Shown: positions 1-8,442 of the stretch, piece after piece | Position numbering within the stretch: position 1 is the stretch's first letter | How the letters are laid out: every line of letters starts with the position of its first letter | Source: a virus | Lineage: Duplodnaviria > Caudoviricetes | Virus record (IMG/VR): IMGVR_UViG_3300027276_000193 | Location: 3,323-67,322 of that record | Direction: 5' to 3' (one strand) | DNA length: 64,000 nt | Translations under genes and position numbers: made by a program | The notes under the pieces: generated by a model | Database searches by the model: none | The model's input: only the letters and a program-made list of their open reading frames with translations | What the model was told of the DNA's origin: nothing

Positions 1-988
1 GCTGGCTGTGCATGTAGCTCTGCCCGCAGAAGGCGCATTTGATTTTTCCCGTCAGGAAGCTGGTGTTCAGTGCCTTGTTGGCCAGCGGGCCAAGCTCCCT
101 GCGCCGCGCCATTTCGGATTGCACATAATCGAAGGTCTCCTTGTCGATGATCGCTTCATGGGTGTTGGGCACAAAGTACTGCGGAAGCTCCCCGCGATTC
201 TTCTTCTTTTTCTTCGAGATGGGATCAGCGGTGAATTCCTTCTGCAGAAGCAGGTTCCCGGTGTAGGTGATGTTGCATAGGACGCTCTTGATGTTCGAAT
301 CCACCCAGCGGCATCCGTCCCGGGTTGTGATGCCCTCGGCAGCAAATTCACGCTCGGTTTCCAGCCGGGATTTTCCGTCGAGGAAATTCTGAAAAATGCG
401 CTTCACGATGACTGCTTCCTCGGGGGTGGGCACCAGCGTATCGCCCTCCCAGTGGTATCCGTACACCCGGAAGTGTCCCGGAGGGATGCCTTGCTCCATG
501 CGCTTCCGCTGGCCCCATTTGACGTTGTCCGAAATGCTCCGGCTTTCCTCCTGGGCAAAAGAGGCCAATAAAGAAAGCATCAGCTCTCCGTCGTCGCTCA
601 GAGAGTTGATGTGCTCTTTTTCAAACTGAACCTCGATGCTCAGCTCCTTCAGGTGACGAACGGTCTCCAGCAGATCCACCGTGTTTCGCGCGAAGCGGGA
701 GATGGATTTGGTCAGGACGATGTCGATGTTGCCCGCCTCGCATTCAGCCAGCATTTTCTGAAACTCCGGCCTGTTGACCTTGGTGCCGGAGATGCCGTCA
801 TCGGCATACACGCCAGCGTACACCCAGCCGGGATGCTTTTGGATGAGCTCGCTGTAATAGCTGACCTGGGCGGAGAGTGAATGGTTCAGGCGTTCTGTTT
901 CCATGGACACCCGCGCATAAGCGGCGACCCGCTTCAGCTTGACCGGCGCTGGCGCAGCCGCATCGATTTTCCTTACAACTTTGGCCAT
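1..988 (-). CDS. Serine recombinase (resolvase/recombinase family), 3' end outside window; probable phage integration module
   Basis: Manual translation from ATG 988 (RBS GGAGG): MAKVVRKIDAAAPAPVKLKRVAAYARVSMETERLNHSLSAQ..., then YADDGISG and LTKSISRFARN motifs; absent from ORF track because it runs off the edge. Confidence 0.9.
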   Translation of the reverse strand, partial: MAKVVRKIDAAAPAPVKLKRVAAYARVSMETERLNHSLSAQVSYYSELIQKHPGWVYAGVYADDGISGTKVNRPEFQKMLAECEAGNIDIVLTKSISRFARNTVDLLETVRHLKELSIEVQFEKEHINSLSDDGELMLSLLASFAQEESRSISDNVKWGQRKRMEQGIPPGHFRVYGYHWEGDTLVPTPEEAVIVKRIFQNFLDGKSRLETEREFAAEGITTRDGCRWVDSNIKSVLCNITYTGNLLLQKEFTADPISKKKKKNRGELPQYFVPNTHEAIIDKETFDYVQSEMARRRELGPLANKALNTSFLTGKIKCAFCGQSYMHSQ

Positions 989-1045
989 TTCACGACCTCC
1001 TTTCGGTCGACATTACTCACTCTAAAAGCCAATAAAGTCAAGCGG

Positions 1046-1219
1046 TTACGAGCTCTTCTTTGATACAACGCGACCGATAGGCGGGTTATATTTTTGCGTC
1101 ATGTGCTGGAGCCATTTTTCGTAATCCTCCTGCCCGATAATCCCTTTCTCCAGCATCTCATCCACCAGTGCCATGGATACCTGAAACTTCAGCTCCCGGT
1201 CGAACTGCTCTTCACTCAT
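1046..1219 (-). CDS. Small SHOCT-like protein typical upstream of prophage recombinases
   Basis: MSEEQFDRELKFQVSMALVDEMLEKGIIGQEDYEKW...KYNPPIG; RBS GGAGG before ATG 1219. Confidence 0.7.
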   Translation of the reverse strand: MSEEQFDRELKFQVSMALVDEMLEKGIIGQEDYEKWLQHMTQKYNPPIGRVVSKKSS

Positions 1220-1637
1220 GCTGGTCACCTCCGTAGCGGGCGGCGATGTAGCACGGGTGGGAGCAGTATTTTCTATGCCGGTTTGCGTAATCCGTGAAGG
1301 GCTTCCCACAATGCTGGCAGATTACCTTTTTGCCTGCACGGCTGGCGGTGGCTTCATGGTGCGTCAGCCAGTATTTATTCCTGCAGGCGTCAGAGCAGAA
1401 GCGACGGGGTCTGAACTTCCCGAAAGCGATCGGCTTCCCGCACTGTGGGCATACTGGCCCTGTGGGTACCGGCTGAGGACTGGTAACGGGATTCCGGTAG
1501 CAATAGGATTTGACGGTGGTTTCCGGCAGGCCGATCGTGCGGGCAATCTCTGAATACTTCATGCCGGACTGACGGTACTGATCAATCAAATGCTTCTGCT
1601 CTTTCGTCATGGGATCGCTCCAATCTGAAGGAGCCAT
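1212..1637 (-). CDS. Sigma-70 region 4-like HTH protein with zinc-finger motifs
   Basis: N-terminal HTH (YSEIARTIGLPETTVKSYCYR) plus CPQC...FCSDACR and CQHC...YCSHPC. Confidence 0.75.
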   Translation of the reverse strand: MAPSDWSDPMTKEQKHLIDQYRQSGMKYSEIARTIGLPETTVKSYCYRNPVTSPQPVPTGPVCPQCGKPIAFGKFRPRRFCSDACRNKYWLTHHEATASRAGKKVICQHCGKPFTDYANRHRKYCSHPCYIAARYGGDQHE

Positions 1638-1658
1638 TATCGTTCCTCTCCTTCAGTA

Positions 1659-1690
1659 CCCACAGGACAAAAAAGCAGGGTTTGGCAACC
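1659..1690 (-). promoter_or_regulatory. 32-bp conserved regulatory motif copy 1 (CCCACAGGACAAAA-N8-TTTGGCAACC on +)
   Basis: Identical arms and spacing recur at 59619-59650 and inverted at 59702-59733, each upstream of a gene start. Confidence 0.7.
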
Positions 1691-1873
1691 ATTGATGTTA
1701 GCAATCGTAAAAACAGAATTACAATGCATTTATAATTGTCTACAGAAACTCCTAAAAAGTATGCGTTTTAAGCTGTTTTTCGGATTGACAATCGCAGACT
1801 GTTAGCTATATAATCTTTAACGTTAACAGGAGCGTACGGCCTGTTAGCAAACGCTGGCCAGCGAATAGTATCT

Positions 1874-2932
1874 TTGGAGGGACCTATGGACACCTTCGGA
1901 CTGTATCTTATGTTTTCTATGCTTGCTACCCAGGTTCTGCCTTCTCCTAACAAACGGGTAGAGTATCCGCTCGGTTTATTACCGTGCCGGATCTTCCAGG
2001 GAGAGACATACCGCAGTTTGTCTCGGATCATCAGAAATATGGTTTTGATGTATCCTGGTGGCGATATTCGGTATGAACAGTCCGGGTTAAGCGATGCGCG
2101 GGATTATATTGAACAGTGCTTTCTGTATGACGAGTTCAGACCCGCTTCACATTTGGGCCTTGCATCCTTTTTCAGGGTCATGGAAACAATCAGTTACCAC
2201 GGACCGCGCAATTTCCTGATTCAAGCTGCTGAAATGATGGATCAAGGGGATGATTTACTTATTCCGGTTTCTGATGTCGTCTCCATGAAAGATTTTCTTT
2301 CTCTCTGTTTTGACTTTTATCTCGTTGATCTGATTAACGGGCATGACGCATTTGCTGCACTGGCTTCAATTCAGGCTGGAGTGAACTCAGATTCAAATAA
2401 TGAAGTTTATGCGCGTTTTGTTGAGGAAACAAAAAACCTCCCAGCTGTAGAGATGAAGCTTGTATTCGACCCAGTGACACGGGCATTTAATCCAATTTAT
2501 CGTGTTACCAGCTTTCAGGCATATATGGCTTTGGAATACATGCAGATGCTTGATCAGAATGTAAAGTTCCGGCGCTGCCAAAATCCTGCCTGTGGTAAGT
2601 TCTTTGTGGCTCAGCGAACAACCGCAAAATACTGTGATTTTCCGTCCCCGCAAAACGAGCTGAAAACCTGTAAAGAACTCTATCCGCAGGTTGCCAGTCG
2701 GGAAAAAACAACCAAGGATGCAGTCCTGAAAAGTATTCGAGGAGCACAGAGCCGTTTGTACAATGTGCGAAGGCGGCATCCGGAACAATCTGAAGCCATA
2801 AATAGATTCCTAGATGAGATTGATGCCCGAAAAGAATCGATGTCGGAAAAAGTCGTTACAGGAGAAATTACTCTTGCTGACTTTAACAAGTGGTTGGAGT
2901 CGCTGACAATTAAGAAAGAGAGGAACACGTGA
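1874..2932 (+). CDS. DUF6076-like protein with C-terminal CGNR-type zinc finger
   Basis: ALEYMQMLDQNVKFRRCQNPACGKFFV...KYCDFPSP...TC motif. Confidence 0.65.
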   Translation: MEGPMDTFGLYLMFSMLATQVLPSPNKRVEYPLGLLPCRIFQGETYRSLSRIIRNMVLMYPGGDIRYEQSGLSDARDYIEQCFLYDEFRPASHLGLASFFRVMETISYHGPRNFLIQAAEMMDQGDDLLIPVSDVVSMKDFLSLCFDFYLVDLINGHDAFAALASIQAGVNSDSNNEVYARFVEETKNLPAVEMKLVFDPVTRAFNPIYRVTSFQAYMALEYMQMLDQNVKFRRCQNPACGKFFVAQRTTAKYCDFPSPQNELKTCKELYPQVASREKTTKDAVLKSIRGAQSRLYNVRRRHPEQSEAINRFLDEIDARKESMSEKVVTGEITLADFNKWLESLTIKKERNT

Positions 2933-3144
2933 TGAATTTTTGGAGTTTTGCCATGGCGCATCCATACATTACAACCTTCGCTTTTGTAGCCACAGTCGGA
3001 TCTGGATTAGGGATTGGCGTTTCCTATGCAAAAAACAAGACGCCGGTTATCGGTACCTTTTCTCCGGCAATCAACTTCAATGTTGGGGCAACTGAAGCAG
3101 GCGGACCGAAGACGGACATATGTACACCGAAGGAGAATATGTAA
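2929..3144 (+). CDS. Small putative membrane protein
   Basis: Overlaps upstream stop (translational coupling); hydrophobic segment YITTFAFVATVGSGLGIGVSY. Confidence 0.5.
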   Translation: MMNFWSFAMAHPYITTFAFVATVGSGLGIGVSYAKNKTPVIGTFSPAINFNVGATEAGGPKTDICTPKENM

Positions 3145-3145
3145 A

Positions 3146-3616
3146 ATGCTTATTGTTGGGATTAATTGGATTCTAAGTTGGGTTCAGATCACAACGGGAA
3201 CCGGAACATATACGTGCCCGATGAAAGAAGAAGCTGATGATTTCTATTTTCGCTTCAAGGGACAATGGCATAGTGTGAGTGAATATGCTCCTGAGCGCTT
3301 AAGGGCAGAAATCCTATCGCACAAGCAGGGAAAGTATGAACAGCGGCAGTCGATCTCTCAGGCTGAATTTGAGGATATCTGCCGTGAAGTCCTTTCGAGT
3401 CATCCAAACATACTTGACTGCTGGTTTGAAGAACCCGGCATCGTGCATGTCGCTTATCCGTCCCATTCCGGTAAAACAAGGAATGGAGCCACCTTGTATT
3501 TCGGTGAAAAAGGATATATCACATACGCCGGGTGGAAACATAACGCCGGAAGTAATGAAGGCATATTTATTGGCGAAGAGATCAGCAGAAAGATTCAGTG
3601 TGCGCTGTATGAATAA
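3146..3616 (+). CDS. Hypothetical protein
   Basis: ORF (track 3014-3616; ATG 3146 after AAGGAG), followed by terminator. Confidence 0.55.
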   Translation: MLIVGINWILSWVQITTGTGTYTCPMKEEADDFYFRFKGQWHSVSEYAPERLRAEILSHKQGKYEQRQSISQAEFEDICREVLSSHPNILDCWFEEPGIVHVAYPSHSGKTRNGATLYFGEKGYITYAGWKHNAGSNEGIFIGEEISRKIQCALYE

Positions 3617-3637
3617 ACCAACATCATAACGGTGTCT

Positions 3638-3668
3638 GGCGGGGCAGGTTCCCCGCCTTTTCTTTTTT
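3638..3668 (+). terminator. Rho-independent terminator
   Basis: GGCGGGG-caggtt-CCCCGCC followed by TTTTCTTTTT. Confidence 0.8.
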
Positions 3669-3765
3669 GCCTGATAAAAGAAACAACCGCCATTCTATTA
3701 CGCTTGACTTTTCACGACTTCTATGGCGTAGTACCACACTGACCTTAAGTCAGGAGGCGGCAAAA

Positions 3766-4035
3766 GTGAACCGTAAAGAAACAACGGAGACGGAGATGCT
3801 CCGAAAGGCCCGGTTGAAGAAGGGTCTTTCACAGCAGCAGGTGGCCACCCTCGCCGGGGTGCACATCCGGCAGTACCAGCGGATCGAGTATGGCGAGCGG
3901 CCCATGGGCAGCATCAACATGCGCTTTGGGCTGGCGGTATGTGCCATTCTGGAGATCAATCCGTTTGATCTGGTCTCCTTTACGGCAGACGGCTGGGAGA
4001 TCATCACACGGGATGACGATCATATCCTGGGTTAA
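3766..4035 (+). CDS. XRE-family HTH transcriptional regulator
   Basis: LRKARLKKGLSQQQVATLAGVHIRQYQRIEYGER; GTG 3766 after CAGGAGG. Confidence 0.85.
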   Translation: MNRKETTETEMLRKARLKKGLSQQQVATLAGVHIRQYQRIEYGERPMGSINMRFGLAVCAILEINPFDLVSFTADGWEIITRDDDHILG

Positions 4036-4137
4036 TTTCCGGATTACGACCGGACAGACGTTGCTGGGCTTTCAAAAGTATGGCTATATACCATGTACCG
4101 CTGACCTGATGAGCCATCAGGCGCGGAATCCATAGGA

Positions 4138-6390
4138 ATGGGAGTGAGCCACACCTTGAAAGACATACGCCCACGGGCTGAGGAGAAGGCCCGGAAAAAA
4201 GCCGATGAGCTGCAGGAGCGGCAGTCCGGTGATACAGTCCGTCCACCCGGAACAGGGTTTGAAACGGAACGCGCCCGCGCCAAGCAGGCCCTGCGCGAAG
4301 AGGTCAATGCCCAGAACGGGCAGAGCGTCCGGAAGATAGCGGCAACGTCAGGCCCGGCGGTCAGTGATGATCGGATCCTGCGCGTCGCCGCTTATTGTCG
4401 TGTTTCCACGGATGACATTGACCAGGTGATCTCCATTGAGCTTCAGAAGAACAATTACCGGGATATGATCAAGGCCAATCCCAAATGGCGGTACGTCGGT
4501 ACCTATGTGGACGACGGCTTCTCCGGCACCAACACGGATCATCGTCCCGCCTTCAAGCTCATGATGAAGGACGCCATGGCCGGAAAGATCGACATGATCA
4601 TCACCAAAAGCGTCAGCCGCTTTGCAAGGAACCTGCTGGACTGTATCGGCTGGGTCAGAAAGCTCAAGGAGCATGATCCGCCGATCCCGGTTTTCTTTGA
4701 GCAGGAGCACCTGAACACCCTGGACTCCACCAGCAACATTATCCTCTTCGTGCTGGCCATGGTCGCTGAGGAAGAAAGCCACATGAAGAGCGAAGCCATG
4801 CTGCTCTCCCTGGAATGGCGCTTCAGCCGTGGGCGGTTCATTACGCCTGCTCTCCTGGGATATGACCGGGTAGAGGTGCCGGACGGTCACGGAAGCCATA
4901 AAAAGGTGCTGCAGATCAACGAGGATGAAGCGCAGACCGTCCGGCTCATGTACTACATGCTCCTAAACGGCAGCAGCATCACGGAGATTGCTTCCACTCT
5001 GACCGAGCTGGAGCGTGAGACAGGCCAGCGGAAGGTTAACGGTAAGCCGAACACCCGCTGGTCGGAGGGCGGAGTCTACAACGTTCTGCGGAATGAACGG
5101 TACTGTGGCGACGTTCTGGCACGTAAGACCTGGACGCCGAATTTCCATGATCATAAGTCCAAGCGGAACAATGGGAAGAAAAACAAGTACTACCAGCCCG
5201 GACATCATGACGCGATTATCACCCGTGCTCAGTGGAATGCCGCCCAGCGTATCCTGAACAGTCATCGCTTCCGGCATACCGGCGGCTACCTTCCCATGGC
5301 GGTGATCGATCACGGCGCGCTGACCGGATTTATTTCCATCAACCGATCCTGGGCGGGCTATGAGGCGGATGAGTATTACCGGATCTGCAGCATCGCCATG
5401 GGCCTTACGGAGGGTGAGCTGGAATCGGATCTGGAGAACGAGCACCTGCCGGATGGCGGAAAAAGGATCGCCGGGCTTACGGACGACAATGGCGTCCAGC
5501 GGATCGCCCGGCAGCTGAGCCAGGTGGAGGAAGCAGTCAAGGCACAGCTGGAGGGCAAGCCTGCCGAGACGCAGGAGGAAAAGAAGCGCATGCCCGTGGA
5601 AGGCTTTCAGGTGGTCAGCGCCGATATGTTCTCCCATGCGTTAGACCCGGTGGTGCGCTTCAGCAAAAACCAGATTGCCTTTAATTCCACCTGCATCAGT
5701 CGGCTGAACCGGATCGCGCAAAGCGGCACCAGCCTTTCCCTGAACCGTACACAGTACGTTGAATTGCTGTTCAACCCGGTGGAGCGCATGCTGGCCGTCC
5801 GCCCCTGCGCGGAGGACAATCCCAACGCCATCTGCTGGGCAACTGAGAACGGGAAAAGCCGCATGGTCAGCGCCAGCGCCTTCTGCCGTATCCTCTTCAG
5901 CATTCTGGACTGGGACAGCGAGTATACCTACCGGGTGCCCTGCATCGTGCGCAGCAGAGATGATGAAACAATTCTTTTCTTTGATCTGGATAATTTCATC
6001 GGCTCCGCGAAGAAAAGCCGGAATGAAAACCTGGAGGAAGAGGTGGCAGCGGCAGAGGAAGCCATCCGGGAGGAGTCCGAGGAGACGAGAGGCATCTTCT
6101 TTTCCGCAGACGACGAGGAAGAGCCGCAGGAGATCGAGGACACGGAGGAAATAGAGCGGAAGCTGCAGGAGCTGGCTGAGATTGAACGGCGCACCTTCGG
6201 CACACCGGTCTTTGAGCATAAGGGCGACGTCCGGCTTCCGTCTATCGACGACGAAGGCGAATGGGACGTCATGGCCATGCCCAAAATCCTCGGCGACGAC
6301 CACCGCATAGACGAGGAGGTGGTGGATGCCCTGCAGGATCAGCTGCTGGAATCCATGGTGATCAATGAAACGGAAGGAGGTACGGAATGA
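4138..6390 (+). CDS. Large serine recombinase with C-terminal beta-domain and acidic tail
   Basis: RVAAYCRVST catalytic motif, YVDDGFSG, ITKSVSRFARN, recombinase domain LRNERYCGD...HHDAIITRAQW. Confidence 0.93.
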   Translation: MGVSHTLKDIRPRAEEKARKKADELQERQSGDTVRPPGTGFETERARAKQALREEVNAQNGQSVRKIAATSGPAVSDDRILRVAAYCRVSTDDIDQVISIELQKNNYRDMIKANPKWRYVGTYVDDGFSGTNTDHRPAFKLMMKDAMAGKIDMIITKSVSRFARNLLDCIGWVRKLKEHDPPIPVFFEQEHLNTLDSTSNIILFVLAMVAEEESHMKSEAMLLSLEWRFSRGRFITPALLGYDRVEVPDGHGSHKKVLQINEDEAQTVRLMYYMLLNGSSITEIASTLTELERETGQRKVNGKPNTRWSEGGVYNVLRNERYCGDVLARKTWTPNFHDHKSKRNNGKKNKYYQPGHHDAIITRAQWNAAQRILNSHRFRHTGGYLPMAVIDHGALTGFISINRSWAGYEADEYYRICSIAMGLTEGELESDLENEHLPDGGKRIAGLTDDNGVQRIARQLSQVEEAVKAQLEGKPAETQEEKKRMPVEGFQVVSADMFSHALDPVVRFSKNQIAFNSTCISRLNRIAQSGTSLSLNRTQYVELLFNPVERMLAVRPCAEDNPNAICWATENGKSRMVSASAFCRILFSILDWDSEYTYRVPCIVRSRDDETILFFDLDNFIGSAKKSRNENLEEEVAAAEEAIREESEETRGIFFSADDEEEPQEIEDTEEIERKLQELAEIERRTFGTPVFEHKGDVRLPSIDDEGEWDVMAMPKILGDDHRIDEEVVDALQDQLLESMVINETEGGTE

Positions 6391-7130
6391 GAAGCGTAAA
6401 GAATCCGGCGCGAAGCAGGCCCCTGTCCCGCAACGTGCGCCGGTTGATGAAGATGGCGCGGGAGTCACCGGCAAACCCGGAGGTGGAAAAGATCGAGCGG
6501 GAGTTCACCGCACGGGATCTGGCCTACTGTGATATGCAGGGAAACATTTTCATGGCGGCGATTGACCGTGGAATCCCTATGGAGGAGTTCGCTCCGGTGT
6601 ACATGAACAGCCAGCTGGCAGGCGTCATTGACTACAGCTTTTCAGTGGCGGGCGGGATGGAAACGGACGATATTTCCGAGTTTCTGCGGATACCCGTTCT
6701 TCTCAAGTCGCCCCAACTGATCGTGGACGTCGTGATGTGGCTGGACAGCATCGTCAGCGGAGTCGACCCTGGGGAAAGTGCCAATATGGCGGTCGTTAAG
6801 GCATGCCTGGATGACGATGGAGCTATGCAGGAAACCAGCCAGGATACCATGCAGAACGGGAACAGCGACAGAAGCTCTGAAACGCTTCCCACGGATGAAA
6901 AGGCGCTGGCAGACCTTTACGAATATGCCTACTGGCTTGGCTATATTTACCGCTGCGAATGCCATATGCACGACGAGTCCAGCCGCATGGTGTATGGCGC
7001 GTTCAACGAAAAGTTCATGCGGGACTTTTACCAGCAGCTTTCCCTGGACGATGATACTGCCCTGATCGATTGCGCTCCGGAGATCTGCCGCAGGCTGGAC
7101 GTGCTCCTGGTCGGCAAGCTGTGGAGGTGA
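6387..7130 (+). CDS. Hypothetical protein (YWLGYIYR motif)
   Basis: 247-aa ORF coupled to recombinase stop (ATGA overlap), RBS GGAGG. Confidence 0.7.
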   Translation: MRSVKNPARSRPLSRNVRRLMKMARESPANPEVEKIEREFTARDLAYCDMQGNIFMAAIDRGIPMEEFAPVYMNSQLAGVIDYSFSVAGGMETDDISEFLRIPVLLKSPQLIVDVVMWLDSIVSGVDPGESANMAVVKACLDDDGAMQETSQDTMQNGNSDRSSETLPTDEKALADLYEYAYWLGYIYRCECHMHDESSRMVYGAFNEKFMRDFYQQLSLDDDTALIDCAPEICRRLDVLLVGKLWR

Positions 7131-7182
7131 TGCAGCATACACCCAAACACCCATATTCCAATGAAAGAATGGAGGAATTGTC

Positions 7183-8022
7183 ATGGATGATCGCAGACCC
7201 GATTACAAGTACGGACAGATGCAACGACCCTATCAACAGCCCCAGCCGATGACCTATGCGCATCCGCAGCCTCTTCCCGGCGCGGTGCCTGCTTCTGTGC
7301 TGGATCAGACGCAGAAGATGACATCCACGGGGTTCAAGCCCCTGAGTAAGGAGGAGCGTGAGGAAGCGGCCCGGATCGCCCTAGAAGCAGGCTTCTCCTT
7401 TGACGGCTACCAGGTGGTGCGAAGGGAATTTTTCTCACACCGCTTCGATCCCACGCTGACCATCAAAGGAAACAGCATCATATTCAACAACGCCTGCATC
7501 TCCCGGCTTGAGCAGGTGATCTACGTGCAGGTGCTGGTGAACCCGACCGCTGAAAAGCTGGTGATCCGCCCCTGCAGCGAAGGAGCGCGGGACGCTATCC
7601 GCTGGTGCGTCACAAGGGATGATAAGCGAAAGAGCCGCCAGATTACCTGCGGCCTGTTTACGGCAAAGCTGTACGACATGATGGGCTGGGAGGCGCTGTA
7701 CCGGTATAAGCTGCAGGGCACCCGCATCAATTATCAGGGAGAGCAGCTGTATGTGTTTGACCTGACCAGCACGGAGGCCTTCCTGCCCCAGGTTAAGGAA
7801 ATGGATGAGAACGGAACAGTGAAGCGGAAGAAGGCTGTGCCGATGTATCCGGCGGACTGGCGGGATTCCTTCGGCATTCCCGTGCAGGAGCACGCCGCCT
7901 CGACACAAATCAACCTTTTGGACGGATACGCCTATATGGAGACAACCGCTGACAACCCAAAGGCAGCGCAGATGCCGATGGAGATCATTGATCAGGAGAC
8001 AGGAGAGGTGACAAAGGTATGA
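7183..8022 (+). CDS. Recombinase-associated protein (paralog of the recombinase C-terminal domain)
   Basis: YQVVRREFFSH...IIFNNACISRL...YVQVLVNPTAEKLVIRPC...DAIRW aligns with recombinase FQVVSADMFSH...IAFNSTCISRL...YVELLFNPVERMLAVRPC...NAICW. Confidence 0.75.
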   Translation: MDDRRPDYKYGQMQRPYQQPQPMTYAHPQPLPGAVPASVLDQTQKMTSTGFKPLSKEEREEAARIALEAGFSFDGYQVVRREFFSHRFDPTLTIKGNSIIFNNACISRLEQVIYVQVLVNPTAEKLVIRPCSEGARDAIRWCVTRDDKRKSRQITCGLFTAKLYDMMGWEALYRYKLQGTRINYQGEQLYVFDLTSTEAFLPQVKEMDENGTVKRKKAVPMYPADWRDSFGIPVQEHAASTQINLLDGYAYMETTADNPKAAQMPMEIIDQETGEVTKV

Positions 8023-8429
8023 GTGAATTTGGAGGATACGCCCCATATGGAACAGAGCCGCTGAAGCTGACCCTATGCCTGGAAGAAGGCAGCATCCTGT
8101 TTAACAAAGCCGTATTGGACACCCTGGATCACCCCAAGCAGGTGCAGATGTTGATCAATGAGGATCGGCAGATGCTGCTGGTGCAGGCCTGTACCGTGGA
8201 CGACCGGGAGGCCATCGTCATCCCGGCTGTCACCAAGTCCGAGTTTGAAATGAGCGGACACAGCCTGCTCAAACGGATACGCAGGCTGACCGGCTGGACA
8301 GACGAACAGCCCAGAACCGTCTTTGGCACCTATATCGCCTCCCACAACGCGATCGTATTTGACCTGATGACCGCGCAGCCTGCCGATCTGCAATTGCCCC
8401 CGGACGGCGGCAGTGGAAGAACTAGCTGA
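8019..8429 (+). CDS. Recombinase-associated small protein, same beta-domain family
   Basis: ILFNKAVLDTL...QVQMLINEDRQMLLVQAC...REAI motif. Confidence 0.7.
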   Translation: MSEFGGYAPYGTEPLKLTLCLEEGSILFNKAVLDTLDHPKQVQMLINEDRQMLLVQACTVDDREAIVIPAVTKSEFEMSGHSLLKRIRRLTGWTDEQPRTVFGTYIASHNAIVFDLMTAQPADLQLPPDGGSGRTS

Positions 8430-8442
8430 GGAGGTGTGACGG

